Shown here piece after piece: positions 41,661 through 56,580 of a stretch of DNA of 64,000 bases. The translations under genes were made by a program, and so were the position numbers. Position 1 is the stretch's first letter. Every line of letters starts with the position of its first letter. The notes beneath the pieces are model-generated. The model ran no database searches, was not told the DNA's origin, and saw only the letters and a list, made by a program, of their open reading frames with translations. The stretch is from the human T2T-CHM13v2.0 reference genome, Homo sapiens, in assembly GCA_009914755.4 (NCBI GenBank), contig CP086569.2, positions 2,432,001 through 2,496,000 of the forward strand, in the 5' to 3' direction.

Positions 41661-41959
41661 AGCTGGGCACCGTGGCTCACACATGTAATCCCAGCACTTT
41701 GAGAGGCCGAGGCTAGCAGATCACCTGAAGTCAGGAGGTCAAGACCAGCCTGGCCAACAGGGTGAAACCCGGTCTCTAAAAATACACAAATTAGCCGGGT
41801 GTGGTGGCATGCGCCTGTAATTCCAGCCACTGAGGGATTACACAGAAGCGGGAGAATTGCTTGAACCTGGGCAGAGGTTGCACTAAGCCAAGATCATGCC
41901 ATTACACTCTAGCCTGGGAGACAGAGCAAGACTCCATCTCAAAAAAAAAAAAAAAAAAA
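41661..41959 (+). mobile_element. Alu SINE with a 10-bp TSD agatttctca
   Basis: agctgggcaccgtggctcacacatgtaatcccagcactttgagaggccgaggctagcagatcacctgaagtcaggaggtcaagaccagcctggccaacagggtgaaacc ... poly-A(20). Confidence 0.9.
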
Positions 41960-42065
41960 GATTTCTCATGACCTGAGGCAAAACCATCAGCTACCCAAGC
42001 AAGGTATCGGATTGCATCACTGTTTGCAGTTGTAACTTCAAAATGGCATTATTTTCTTTTTCTCG

Positions 42066-42347
42066 CTTTTTTTTTTTTCTAGTGAGACAGGGTCTCACTC
42101 TGTCACACAGGCTGGAGTGCAGGCTCACCTCAACCTTGACCTTCTGGGCTCAGGCAATCCTCTCATCTCAGCTTCCCAAGCAGCTGGGTTCACAGGCTCT
42201 GCCTACGATGCCTGGCTAGTTTTTGTATTTTCTGTAGAGACAGCATTGCAGTATGTTACCCAGACTAATCTTAAATTCCTGAGCTTAAGCAATCCGCCTG
42301 GCCTCCCAAAGTGCTGGGAATACAGATATGAGCCACCACGCCCGACC
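42066..42347 (-). mobile_element. Old Alu (AluJ-like, minus)
   Basis: ttttttttttctagtgagacagggtctcactctgtcacacaggctggagtgcaggctcacctcaaccttgaccttctgggctcaggcaatcctctcatctcagcttcccaagcagctgggttcacagg ... gggaatacagatatgagccaccacgcccgacc. It is highly diverged. Confidence 0.8.
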
Positions 42348-42415
42348 TTCTAAAGTAAAAAGAGTTACAGTGAGCTAAGATTAATTTGTTGTTGATTAAC
42401 AATTACATTTAATGA

Positions 42416-42718
<303 letters not shown>

Positions 42719-43236
42719 TTAGTGTAGCCTAAGTGTTTGTGAAGCATACAGTATTACACAGTAGGGTCCTGGGCCTTCACCTTCACTCACTACTCACTCA
42801 CTGGCTCACCCAGAGCAACGTCCAGCCCGCAAGTGCTAATCATGGCAAGTATCCTACCTGTATAGCTGTATTACTTTTTTTCATGTTTTCTACTATATTT
42901 TTTACTGTATATTTTCCATGTTTACACACAAATACTCACCATTGGGTTACAATTGCCAACTGGATTTCTTGCAGTAACTTGCTCTACAGGTTTGTAGCCT
43001 AGGAGTGCTAGGCTCTACCATACAGCCTAGGTGTGTAATAGGCTACACCCCCTAGGTTTCTGTAAATACACTTTATCATGTGCTTACAATGAGGAAATCA
43101 CCTAATGATGCATTTCTCAGTAGGTATCCCCATTATTGAGTGATTGATGCAGGACTATAGCTTAAATGTGAATTCATTTGAAGTAGTTTGCATGATTAGC
43201 AGTTTGATATCTGGATTGTCTTTTATTCTTGTTAAC

Positions 43237-43275
43237 ACACACACAAATACACACACACACACACACACACACACT
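43237..43275. repeat. (CA)n dinucleotide microsatellite (about 18 units, interrupted)
   Basis: acacacacaaatacacacacacacacacacacacacacac. Confidence 0.9.
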
Positions 43276-43300
43276 CCTGTTAGATAAAAACCTTGTCTCT

Positions 43301-43604
43301 GGCTGAGTGCGGTGGCTCATGCCTGTAATCCCAGCACTTTGGGGGGCCAAGGCAGGGAGATCACAAGGGCAGAAGTTCGAGACCAGCCTGGCCAACATGG
43401 TGAAACCCCGTCTCTACTAAAAATACAAAAATTAGCTGGGCGTGTGTGCACACCTGTAATCCCAGCTATTTGGGAGGCTGAGGCAGAATTGCTTCAACCT
43501 GGGAGGCAGAGGTTACAGTGAACCAAAATTGCACCACTGCATTCCAGTCTGGGTAACAGAGCAAGACTCCATCTCAAAAACACAAAACAAAACAAAACAA
43601 AAAA
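43301..43604 (+). mobile_element. Alu SINE with a (CAAAA)n tail
   Basis: ggctgagtgcggtggctcatgcctgtaatcccagcactttggggggccaaggcagggagatcacaagggcagaagttcgagaccagcctggccaacatggtgaaaccccgtctc ... tail cacaaaacaaaacaaaacaaaaaac. Confidence 0.9.
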
Positions 43605-43937
43605 CTGTCTCTGTCTATATTTTGTCTGGGCTCACCTTTTCTTATTTGAGATGCTTATAAATTCATTGTGTGATTTTGTTTTGCTCTGTTGAAAATGTGA
43701 AGATGAATCTCTGAATAAAAACGTTTTATTTGGGAAGTAAGACTTGCAATCTGGTGCCTACATGCAGACAGTGTGGTCATCAGTATGTCTGATGAACAAA
43801 CACAAGCTTTAAGATTTTATAAAAGAAAAAGAGAAATGGTGTATTGTTCCTTGAGAAAGTTCATTGGCACTATTCAGGTTTTGGAGAGCTGGCAAGCAAG
43901 CTGATGGTGGTGCATAAAACTAGTCTTAGATTTTTAG

Positions 43938-44375
<438 letters not shown>

Positions 44376-44662
44376 TGACCCAACTTGTATAATCAACTTT
44401 TACGTTTTTCCATTTTGATAAAGACCTTTCTCTGAAAGCATTGCTGATCAACCATTTTGAAGTTAGGCTTAATTGTCCATTAATATCTGGATGGACCTGT
44501 CCTGGTTGCTTTCAGTCATGTTGAGGGGAACATTATGGAGGTCACATTTGAGGCCAGAAGGGAACATTTTCTCAAGCAAATCTGTCTGGAGTCCAGCATC
44601 AAGTTCTGTCTTATTAGTCGATAAGCATCAGCAACTGTCTCAAAGTGTTGCATTAACTTTAT

Positions 44663-44956
44663 CTTTTTCTTTTGTTGAAATGGAGTTTCACTCTTGTTGC
44701 CCAGGCTGGAGTGTAATGGCACAATCTTGGCTCACTGAAACCTGCACCTCCCAGGTTCAAGTGATTCTCCTGCTTCACCCTCCCAAGTAGTTGGGATTAC
44801 AGGCATGATCCACTATGCCCAGCTAATTTTTTGTATTTAGTAAAAATGGTTTCACCATGTTTGTCAAGCTGGTCTTGAATTCACTCCTGACCTCAGGTGA
44901 TCCACCCTCCTCAGCCTCCCAAAGTGCTGGGATTGCAGGCGTGAGCCACTGCACCC
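44663..44956 (-). mobile_element. Alu SINE (minus) with an 11-bp TSD aactttatctt
   Basis: ttttcttttgttgaaatggagtttcactcttgttgcccaggctggagtgtaatggcacaatcttggctcactgaaacctgcacc ... ggattgcaggcgtgagccactgcacccgag. Confidence 0.9.
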
Positions 44957-45607
44957 GAGAACTTTATCTTTGTAGGAGAGTTGGCTTTACGAGGATTAGA
45001 CAGGCAATAAAAACAAAGTTTAAAAAAATATATAAAAATAATTAATAGTAATATTATAAATTTAGTTTGTTTAACGGTTTTAAACTAAGATCCTAAGACT
45101 AAGAGCAAAAAGCCAGACAAATAAAAAGCCTGTGGGGTAAATTGGATGAAATCTGTGTTAGTTGTTTAGTAGATCTTATGACTAGATTGACTTAAAGCAA
45201 AGAACACCAGCTTTATAAAAAGGGACCCACTAGTATGATTTGAACAAAAAGTTGCGATACTGGTATTTTCAGTTGGCCACTAGGTGGACTAAAAGGATTC
45301 CTTATGCCAGGTTTTGTTGAATTACCGATAGCAGTTACTGACTGGAAAATTTTATCCTGCCAAATGAAGAAGAAGGTAGCATTAGCGGGGTGATAGTCTC
45401 ATTCTGATTTAAAGTCTTGTTCTGATGTCTTAGGAAAAGTTCTGTACAGTGTGGGAAAATGTCAACTTTTTGTCTTGTCTTGAATGTCTCTGGTGATGGC
45501 ATTGGGTGGTTTGGTAAACTCTTGGTGCAGCTAATGCAAATCTATTTATTTTGTGATTTGCTGCCTCATGTATCATGCAGAAGACTTGTTTTTAAAAACA
45601 TGTGTCT

Positions 45608-45896
<289 letters not shown>

Positions 45897-45955
45897 ATAT
45901 ATATATACATATATACATATATACGTATATATGTATATATATGTATATAATCAGC
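45897..45955. repeat. (TATATACA/TATATGTA)n AT-rich simple repeat at an Alu tail
   Basis: aaatatatatatacatatatacatatatacgtatatatgtatatatatgtatataatc. Confidence 0.85.
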
Positions 45956-46584
45956 TTATAAGACTTCAGGAACACCGCAATTTCTGTTTCCGTGTTTTAT
46001 GGAACCAATGTGGATTGGAGGGCTCTAGACAATATACACAGCTACAATCTAGTAACAGCTGTATCATAGCTTTTTTTCTTCTTTTTACATTTTCATATAG
46101 GAATATCAGATTAAAAACTTATTGAGGCTAGAAACCCAAACCAAGGCAGACTTTAGGTTTTGCTTACAGCTTTAGGGATCATGAACCTGACAAGAAGTGA
46201 CAGTTTTTATTTACGTATTGCAAGACCCTCAAAGTCACACATTTTATGTATACTTTTATATGGAATTGTACTCAAATGTATAACCCATGTTTTCAGTCGT
46301 ATTCTGCTACAAAGAGAGAGCACATTTTTATTAGACTTAGGCAAATAACCATATTTCCATAGGACTATTCATAAATAGTTTGAAATTTTCAGGAATCAAA
46401 ATAGAAAAGGGAAAAGAAAATATTTTTATCTTTGTTAATAAAAGTGTACTTTACCAAATTGTAAAAAGTTATGGATAGGTTAAGATAGAAAATTTCTTTA
46501 AGTCTGAGTAAAAACATTTGAGTAAAGGATCATTGATGTCTCAAATAACAGTCATAAAAACATTGTCAGTTATTCTTTTTTTAA

Positions 46585-49500
46585 AAAATTACTTTTTACT
46601 TTAAGTTCTGGGATACATGTGCAGAATGTGCAGGTTTGTTACATAGGTATATGTGTGCCATGGTGGTTTGCTGCATCCATCAACCCATCATCTAGGTTTT
46701 AAGCCCCACATGCATTAGCTATTTATCCTGATGTTCTCCCTCCCCTTCCCCTCTCCCCACCACAGACCCCAGTGTGTGTGGTTCCCCTCCATGTATCCAT
46801 GTGTTCTCATTATTCAGCTCCCATTTATGAGTGAGAACTTGCAGTGTTTGTTTTTCTGTTCCTGTGTTAATTTGCTGATGATGATGGCTTCCAGCTTCAT
46901 CCATGACCCTGTGAAGGACAAAATCTCATTCCCTTTTGTGGCTGCATAGTATTCCATGGTGTATATGTGCTACATTTTCTTTATCAAGTCTATCATTATG
47001 GGCATTTGGGTTGGTTCCGTCTCTTTGCCCTTGTGAATACTGCTGTGAAAAACATATGTGTACATGTACATTTCTATTAGAATAATTTATATTCCTTTGG
47101 GCATATACCTAGTAATGGGATTGCTGCGTCAAATGGTATTTCCGAATCTAGATCCTTGAAGAGTCTCCCCACTGTCTTCCATAATGGTTGAACTAATTTA
47201 TATTCCCACCAACAATGTAAAAGCATTCCTATTTCTTCACAGCCTCACCAGCGTCTGTTGTTTCTTGACTTTTTAAAAATTGCCATTCTGACTAGTGTCA
47301 GATGTTATCTCTTTGTGGTTTTGATTTGCATTTCCCTAATGATCAGTAATGTTGAGCTTTTCTTAATGTTTGTTGGCTGCATAAATGCCTTTTTTGAAAA
47401 GTGTCTGTTCACATCCTTTGCCCACTTTTTGATGAGGTTGTTTGACTTTTTCTTGTAAATATGTTTAAATTCCATGTAAATTCTGGATATTAGACCTTTG
47501 TCAGATGAGTAGATTACAAAAATTTTCTCCCATTCTGTAGGTTGCCTGTTCAAACTGATAATAGTTTCTTTTGCTGTGCAGAAGCTCCTTAGTTTAATTT
47601 TATACCATTTGTCAATTTTTGCTTTTGTTGCAATTGCTTTTGGTGATTTCATCTTAAAATCTTTGCCCATGCCTATGTCCTGAATGGTACTGCCTAAGTT
47701 TTCTTCTGGAGTTTCTATGGTCTGGGCTTTGACATTTAAGTATTTAATCCCCATCTTGAGTTAATTTTTGTATAAGGTGTAAGGAAGGGTTCCAGTTTTA
47801 GTTTCCTGCATTTGGCTGGCCAGTTTTTCCCAGTATCATTTATTAAATAGGGAATTGTTTCCCCATTGCTTGTTTTTATCAGGTTTGCTGAAGATCACAT
47901 GGTTGTACATGTGTGGTGCTATTTCTGAGGTCTCTGTTCTGTTCCATTGGTCTATATGACTGTTTTGGTACCAATACCATGCTCTTTTGGTTACTGTAGC
48001 CTTGTAGTATTGCTTGAAGTCAGGTAGCGTGATGCCTCCAGCTTTGTTCTTTTTGCTTAGGATTATCTTGGCTATATGGGCTCTTTTTTGGTTCCATATG
48101 AATTTTAAAATAGTTGTTTCTAATTCTGTGAAGAATGTCAGTGATGGGAATAGCATTGAATCTGTAAATTATTTTGGGCAATATGGCCATTTTCACCATA
48201 TTGATTCTTCCTATCCATGAGGATGGAAACAAACACGATCCATTTGTTTGTGTCCTCTCTTACCTCCTTGAGCTTTGGTTTGTAGTTCTCCTTGAAGAGG
48301 TCCTTCACATCTTTTGTTAGCTGTGTTCCTAGGTATTTTATTTTCTTTGTAGCAATTGTGATTGGGAGTTCATTCTTGATTTGACTCTCTGCTTGTCCAT
48401 TGTTGGTGTATAGAAATCCTTGTGATTTTTGCACATTGACTTTGTATCCTGAGACTTTGCTGAAGTTGCTTATCAGCTTAAGGAGTTCTTAGGCTGAGAT
48501 GATGGGGTTTTCTAAATATAGGATCATGTCATCTGCAAACAGGGACAATTTCACTTCCTCTCTTCCTGTTCGAATACCTTTATTTCTTTCACTTGCCTGA
48601 GTGCCCTGGCCAGAACCACCAATTCGATATTGAACAGGAATGATGAGAGACGACATACTTGTCTTGTCCTAGTTTTCAAAGGGAATGCTTCCAGCTTTTG
48701 TCCATTCAGTATGATATTGGCTGTGGGTTTGTCATAGCTTTTATTATTTTGAGATATGTTCCACCAATATCTAGTTGATTGACAGTTTTTAACATGAAGG
48801 TATGTTGAATTTTATCGAAGGCTTTTTCTGCATCTATTGAGATAATCATGTGGTTTTTGTCAATGGTTGTTTATGGGATGGAATATATTTATTGACTTGC
48901 ATATGTTGAAACAGGCTTGCATCCCAGGGATGACACCGACTTGATCATGGGATAAGTGTTTGATGTGCTGGTGGATTCTGTTTGCTAGCATTTTATTGAG
49001 GATTTTCACATTGAAGTTCATCAGGGATATTGGCCAGAAGTTTTGTTTTGTGTGTGTGTGTCTGCCAGATTTTGGTATCAGAGTAATGCTGGCCTCATAA
49101 AATGAGTTAGGGAGGAGTTCGTTCTTCTCAATTGTTTGGAATAATTTCTGAAGGAATGGTACCATCTCCTCTTTGTACCTCTCGTAGAATTCAGCTGTGA
49201 ATCCATCTATCTGGTCCTGTGCTTTTTTTGTTTGGTAGGCTATTTCTTGCTGCCTCAATTTCAGAACTTGTTATTGGTCTATCCACAAATTTTACTTCTT
49301 CCTGGTTTAGACTTGGGAGGGTGCATGTGTCCAAACATTTATCCATTTCTTCTAGATTTTCTAGGGTTTTTTTGCCTAGAGACACTTATTGTATTCTCTG
49401 GTGGTAGTTTATATTTCTGTGGGGTCAGTGGTGATATCCCTTTTATTATTCTTTATTGTGTCTATTTGATTCTTCTCTCTTTTCTTTTTTATTAATCTAC

Positions 49501-50400
49501 CTAGCAGTCTATCTTATTGGGTGTGTGTGTGTGATTTTTTTTTTTTTCCAAAAAACCAGTTCCTGAATTCATTGATTTTTTGAAGGGTTTTTTGTGTCAC
49601 TGTCCCCTTCAGTTTCACTCTGATCTTAGTTATTTCTTATCTTCTGCTAGCTTATGGATTTGTTTGCTCTTGTTTCTCTAGTTCTTCTAATTGTGATGTT
49701 AGGGTGTTCATTTGAGATCTTTCTAGCTTTCTGATGTGGGCATTTAGTGCTGTAAGTTTCCCTTTTAACTCTGCTTTAGCTGCATCTCAGAGATTCTGGT
49801 ATGTTGTCTTTTTGTTCTCATTGGTTTCAAAGAGCTTCTTAATTTCTGCCTTAATTTTTTCATTATTTACCCTGGAGTTATTTAGAAGCAAGTTGTTCAA
49901 CTTCCATGTAGTTGTGCAGTTTTGAGTGAGCTTCTTAATCTTGAGTTCTAATTTGATTGCATTGTGGTCTGAAACTCTTTGTTAAGGTCTCAGTTCTTTT
50001 CCATTTGCTGAGGAGTGTTTTACTTCCAATTATGTGGTCGATTTTAGAGTAAGTGCCACATGGCACTGAGAAGAATGTATATTCTGTTGATTTGGGGTGG
50101 AGCGTTCTGTAGATATCTGCTAGGTCCAATTGGTACAGAGCTGAGTTCAAGTCCTGAATATCTTTGTTAATTTTCTGTCTCGTTGATCTGTCTAATATTG
50201 ACAATGGGGCGTTAAAGTCTGGTATTGCTGTGTGGGAATTGAACTCTCTTGGTTGGTCTCTAATAACTTGTTTTATAAATCTGGGTGCTCCTGTAATGGC
50301 TGCATATACACTTATGGTAGTTAGCTCTTCTTGTTGAATTGATCCCTTTACCTTTATGTAATGCCCTTCTTTGTCTTTTTTTCCCACTATTTGTGTTGGT
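46585..50400 (-). mobile_element. L1PA-type LINE, 3' UTR through mid-ORF2 (minus strand); probably the 3' part of a host L1 interrupted by the 50401-56580 element
   Basis: The 3' terminus at 46585 reads (minus sense) ...gcagcaaaccaccatggcacacatatacctatgtaacaaacctgcacattctgcacatgtatcccagaacttaaagtaaaaagtaa. ORF-track pieces 47305..47754, 47836..48156, 48860..49258 (RT motifs [11 protein letters not shown]...[10 protein letters not shown]) and 49935..50387 (EN region) are all interrupted by stops. The element breaks off at ORF2 codons about 60-75. Confidence 0.85.
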
Positions 50401-53400
50401 CATACTTTTTTTTTTAATTATACTTTAAGTTCTAGGGTATGTGTCCACAACATGCAGGTTTATTACATAGGTATACGTGTGCCATGTTGGTTTGCTGCAC
50501 CCATTAACTTGTCATTTACATTAGGTATTTCTCCTAATGCTTTCCCTCCCCCAGCCCCCACCCTATGACAGGCCCCAGTGTGTGATGTTCCCTGCCCTGT
50601 GTTCGAGTATTCTCATTGTTCAATTCTCACCTATGAGTGAGAACATGCGGTGTTTGGTTTTCTGTCTGTGTGATAGTTTGTTCAGAATGATGGTTTCCAG
50701 CTTCATCCATGTCCCTGCAAAGGACATGAACTCATCCATTTTTATGGCTGCATAGTATTCCACGGTGTATGTGTGCCACATTTTCTTAATCCAGTCTATC
50801 ATTGATGGGCATTTGGGTTGGTTCCAAGTCTTTGCTATTGTGAATAGTGCCGCAATAAACATACGTGTGCAGATGTCTTTATAGTAGCATGATTCACAAC
50901 CCTTTGGGTATATACCAAACAATGGGATCACTGGGTCAAATGGTATTTCTAGTTCTAGATCCTTGAGGAATCGCCACACTGTCTTCCACAATGGTTGAAC
51001 TAGTTTACACTTCCACTAACAGTGTAAAAGTGTTCCTGTTTCTCCACATCCTCTCCAGCATCTGGTATTTCCTGACTTTTTAATGATCACCATTCTAGCT
51101 GGTATGAGATGGTGTCTCATTGTGGTTTTCATTTGCATTTCTCTGATGGCCAGTGATGATGAGCATTTTTTCATGTGTCTGTTGGCTGCATAGGTGTCTT
51201 CTTTTGAGAAGTGTCTGTTCATGTCCTTTGCCACTTTTTGATGGGTTTGTTTATTTTTTCTTGTAAATTTGTTTAAGTTCTTTTCAGATTCTGGATATTA
51301 GCCCTTTGTCAGATGGGTAGATTCCAAAAATTTTCTCCCATTCTGTAGCTAGCTTGTTCACTCCGATGGTAGTTTCTTTTGCTGTGCAGAAGCTCTTTAG
51401 TTTAATTAGATCCCATTTGTCTATTTTGGCTTTTGTTGCCATTGCTTTTCGTGTTTTACTCATGAAGTCTTTGCCCATGCCTATGTCTTGAGTGGTATTG
51501 CCTTTGTTTTCTTCTACAGTTTTTATGGTTTTAGGTCTAACATTTAAGTCTTTAATCCATCTTGAATTAATTTTTGTATAAGGTGTAAGGAAGGGAGGCA
51601 GTTTCAGCTTTCTACATATGGCTAGCCAGGTTTCCCAGCACCATTTATTAAATAGGGAATCCTTTCCCCATTTCTTGTTTTTCTCAGGTTTCTCAAAGAT
51701 CAGATGGTTGTAGATGTGTGGTATTATTTCTGAGGCCTCTGTTCTGTTCCATTGGTCTATCTCTCTGTTTTGGTACCAGTACCATGCTGTTTTGGTTATT
51801 GTAGCCTTGTAGTATAGTTTGAAGTCAGGCAGCATGATGCCTCCAGCTTTGTTCTTCTTGCTTAGGATTGTCTTGGCAATGCAGGCTCTTTTTTGGTTCC
51901 ATGTGGAGTTTAAAGTAGTTTTTTCCAATTCTGTGAAGAAAGCCATTGGTAGCTTCATGGGGATGGCATTGAATCTATAAATTACCTTGGGCAGCATGGC
52001 CATTTTCATTATATTGATTCTTCCTATCCATGAGCATGGAATGTTCTTCCATTTGTTTGTGTCCTACTTTATTTCATTGAGCAGTGGTTTGTAGTTCTCC
52101 TTGAAAAGTTTCTTCACATCCCTTGTAAGTCGGATTCCTAGGTATGTTATTCTCTTTGTAGAAGTTTTGAATGGGAGTTCACTCGTGATTTGGCTCTCTG
52201 TTTGTCTGTTATTTCTGTATAGGAATGCTTGTGATTTTTGCACTTTGATTTTGTTTCCTGAGACTTTGCTGAAGTTGCTTATCAGCTTGAGACTTTGGGC
52301 TGAGATGATGGGGTTTTCTAAATATACAATCATGTCATCTGCAAACAGGGACAATTTGACTTCCTCTTTTCCTAATTGAATACCCTTTATTTCTTTCTCT
52401 TTCGTGATTGCCCTGGCCAGAACGTCCAACACTATACTGAACAGGAATGGTGAGACAGGGCATTGCTGTGTTGTACCGGTTTTCAAAGGGAATGCTTCCA
52501 GTTTTTGCCCATTCAGTATGATATTGGCTGTGGGTTTGTTATAAATAGCTCTTATTTTGAAATACATTCCATCAATACCTAGTTTATTGAGAGTTTTTAG
52601 CATGAAGGGCTACTGAATTTTGTTGAAGGCCTTTTCTGCATCTATTGAGATAATCATGTGGTTTTTTTCATTGGTTTTGTTTATGTGATGGATTATGTTT
52701 ATTGATTTGCATATGTTGAACCAAGCTTGCATCCCAGGGATGAAGCCCACCTGATCATGATGGATAAGCTTTTGGATGTGCTGCTGGATTTGGTTTGCCA
52801 GTATTTTCTTGAGGATTCCTGCATCAATGTTCACCAGGGATATTGGTCTAAAATTCTCTTTTTTTATTGTGACTCTGCCAGGCTTTGGTATCAGGATGAT
52901 GCTGGCCTTGTAAAATGAATTAGGGAGGATTCCCTCTTTTTCTGCTGATTGGAATAGTTTCAGAAGTAATGGTATCAGCTCCTCTTTGTACCACTGGTAG
53001 AATTCAGCTGTGAATCCATCTAGTTCTGGACTTGTTTTGGTTGGTAGGCTATTAATTAATGCCTCAATTTCAGAGCCTGTTATTGGTCTATTCAGGGATT
53101 CAACTTCTTCCTGGTTTAGTCTTGGGAGAGTGTAGGTGTCCAGGAATTTGTCCATTGCTTCTAGATTTTCTAATTTATTTGCATAGAGGTGTTTATAGTA
53201 TTCTCTGATGGTAGTTTTTATTTCTGTGGGATCAGTGGTGATATCCCTTTATCATTTTTTATTGCATCTATTTGATGTTTCTCTCATGTCTTCTTTATTA
53301 GTCTTGCTAGTGATCTATTTATTTTGTTGATATTTTCAAAAAACCAGCTCCTGGATTCATGACTTTTTTTTTTTTTAAGGGTTTTTTGTGTCTCTATCTC

Positions 53401-56400
53401 TTTCAGTTCTGCTCTGATCTTAGTTATTTCTTGCCTTCTGCTAGCTTTTGAATGTGTTTTGAATGTGTTCTTGCCTTCTGCTAGCTTTTGAATGTGCTCT
53501 TGCTTCTCTAGTTCTTTTAATTGTGATGTTAGGTTGTTGATTTTAGAACTTTCCTGCTTTCTCTTGTGGGCATTTAGTGCTATAAATTTCCCTCTACACA
53601 CTGCTTTAAATGTGTCCCAGAGATTCTGGTACATTGTGTCTTTGTTCTCATTGGTTTAAAAAACATCTTTATTTCTGCCTTCATTTCACTATGCAGTGGT
53701 CATTCAGGAGCAGGTTGTTCAGTTTCCATGTAGTTGTGCAGTTTTGAGTGAGTTTTCTTCATCCCGAGTTCTAATTTGATTGCTCTGTGCTCTGAGAGAT
53801 GGTTTGTTGTGATTTCTGTTCTTTTACATTTGCTGAGGAGTGCTTTACTTCCAACTATGTGGTCAATTTTAGAATAAGTGTGATGTGGTGCTGAGAAGAA
53901 TGTATATTCTGTTGATTTGGGGTGGAGAGTTCTGTAGATGTCTACTAGGTCTGCTTGTTGCAGAACTGATTTCACGTCCTGGATATCTTTGTTAACCTGT
54001 CTCAATCTTTCTAATATTGACAGTGGAGAGTTAAAGTCTCCACTGTCACACAAAATAATAATTTTGTCTCCCATTATTATTGTGTGGGAGTCTAAGTCTC
54101 TTTGTAGGTCTCTAAGGACTTGCTTTACAAATCTTGGTGCTCCTGTATTGGGTGCATATATATTTAGGATAGTTAGCTCTTCTTGTTGAATTGATCCCTT
54201 TACCATTATGTAGTGGCCTTCTTTGTTGGTTTAAACTCTTTTGATCTTTGTTGGTTTAAAGTCTGTTTTATCTGAGACGAGGATTGCAACCCCTGCTTTT
54301 CTTTTGCTTTCCATTTGCTTGGCAGATCTTCCTCCATCCCTTTATTTTGAACCTGTGTGTGTCTTTGCACATGAGATGGGTCTCCTGAATGCAGCACACA
54401 GATGGGTCTTGACTCTTTATCCAATTTGCTGGTCTGTGTCTTTTATTTGGGGCATTTAGCCCATTTACATTTAAGGTTAATATTGTTATGTGTGGATTTG
54501 ATCCTGTCATTATGATGTTAGCTGGTTATTTTGCCAGTTAACTGATGCAGTTTCTTCACAGCCTTGATGATCTTTACAATTTGGCATGTTTTTGCAGTGG
54601 CTGATACCGCTTGTTCCTTTCCATGTTTAGTGCTTCCTTCAGGAGCTCTTGTAAGGCAGGCCTGGTGGTGACAAAATCTCTCAGCATTTGCTTGTTTGTA
54701 AAGGATTTTATTTTTCCTTCACTTATGAAGCTTAGTTTGGCTGGATATGAAATTCTAGGTTGAAAATTCTTTTCTTTAAGAATGTTGATTATTCTGGCTT
54801 GTTGAGTTTCTGCAGAGAGATCCGCATTAGTCTGGTGAGCTTCCCTTTGTGGGTAACCTGACCTTTCTCTCTGGCTGCTCTTAACATTTTCTTCTTCCTT
54901 TCAACCTTGGTGAATCTGACAGTTAAAGTGTCTTGGGTTGCTCTTCTTGAGGAATATCATTGGGTGTTCTCCATATTTCTTGAATTTGAATGTTGGCCTG
55001 ACTTGCTAGGTTGGAGAAATTTTCCTGGATAATATCCTGAAGAGTTTTCCAACTTGGTTTCATTCTCCCCGTCACTTTCAGGTACACCAATCAAATGTAG
55101 ATTTGGTCTTTTCACATAGTCCCATATTTCTTTGAGTCTTTTTGTTCATTTCTTTTTCCTCTTTTTTCTCTAAACTTCTTTTCTCACTTTATTTCATTAA
55201 TTTGATCTTCAATCACTGATACCCTTCCTTCCACTTGATCGAATCAGCTACTGAAGCTTGTGCATGTGTCACATATTTTTCGTGCCATGGTTTTTAGCTC
55301 CTTCAGGTCATTTAAGCTATTCTCTACACTGTTTGTTCTAGTTAGCCATTTGTCTAATCTTTTTTCAAGGTTTTTAGCTTCCTTGCGATGGGTTCGAATA
55401 TCCTCCTTTAGCTCAGAGAAGTTTGTTATTACTAACCTTCTGAAGCCTACTTCTGTCAACTCATCAAAGTCATTCTCTGTGCAGCTTTGTTCCATCACTG
55501 GTAAGGAGCTGCAATCCTTTGGAGGAGAAGAGGCACTCTGGTTTTTAGAATTTTTGGCTTTTCTGCTCTGGTTTCTCCCTGTCTTTGTGGTTTTATCTAC
55601 CTTTGGTCTTTGATGTTGGTGACCTAGAGATGGGGTTTTAGTGTGGATGTCCTTTTTGTTGATGTTGATGCTATTCCTTTCTGTTTGTTAGTTTTCCTTC
55701 TAACAGTCAGGTCCCTCAGCTGCAGGTCTGTTGGAGTTTCCTGGAGGTTCACTCCAGACCCTGTTTCCCTGGGTATCACCAGCAGAGACTGCAGAACAGC
55801 AAATATTGCAGGACAGCAAATATTGCTGCCTGATCCTTCCTCTGGAAGCTTCATCCCAGAGGGTCTTCTGCCTGTATGAGGTGTCAGTCAGCCCCTAAGG
55901 GGAGGTTTCTCCCAGTTAGGCTACATGGGGTTCAGGGACCCACTTGAGGAGGCAGTCTGTCCATTCTCAGAGCTCAAACACTATGCTGGGAGAACCACTG
56001 CTCTCTTCAGAGCTTTCAGACAGGGACGTTTAAGACTGAAGAATTTTCTGCTGCCTTTTGCTCAGCTATGACCTGCCCTGAGGTGGGGTCTACAGAGGCA
56101 GCAGGCCTTGCAGAGCTGAGGTGGGCTCTGCCCAGTTCAAGCTTCCCCAGACTCTTTGTTTACCTACTCAAGCCTCAGCAATGGTGGACACACTTCCTGC
56201 TGCCAGGCTGCTGCCTTGCAGGTAGAACTCAGCCTGCTGCATTAGCAATGAGCAAGGCTCCATGGGCATGGGACCTGCTGAGCCAGGCATGGGATATAAT
56301 CTGCTGGTATGCCGTTTGCTAAGACTGTTGGAAAAGCACAGTATTTGGGCAGGTGTGTCCCAATTTTCCAGGTACAATCTGTCATGGCTTCCCTTGGCTA

Positions 56401-56580
56401 GGAAAGGAAATGCGATGCCCCACCCTGCTTCAGCTTACCCTCCATGGGCTGCACCCACTGTCCAACCAGTTCCAATGAGATGAACCAGTTACCTCAGTTG
56501 GAAATGCAGAAATCACTCTCTTCTGCATTGATCATGCTGGGAGCTGCAGACCAGAGCTCTTCCTATTCAGCCATTTTGGA
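50401..56580 (-). mobile_element. Full-length (~6.2 kb) L1PA LINE with 5' UTR, ORF1 and ORF2; both ORFs disrupted
   Basis: It has a poly-A (plus strand t10 at 50406-50415) and an L1 3' UTR. ORF2 is split into 51284..52009, 52064..52603, 52610..53155 ([16 protein letters not shown]...[12 protein letters not shown]), 53284..53634 and 53700..54206. The ORF2 start MTGSNPHITILTLNVNGLN is at 54510. ORF1 N-terminal homology (ENDFDELTEVGFRR) is at 55244..55498. The 5' UTR ends about 56578 with the reverse complement of the L1 5' end (ggagctg..cctattcagccattttgg). Confidence 0.85.

Noticed and set aside
47305-54510. L1 ORF2/ORF1-derived ORFs (RT, endonuclease and ORF1 N-terminal motifs) that might suggest active transposase or RT genes
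   Set aside because: Each L1 copy is broken into 5-6 short ORF pieces by stops and frameshifts. No intact ~1275-aa ORF2 or ~338-aa ORF1 is present. Annotated as mobile-element remnants, not CDS.
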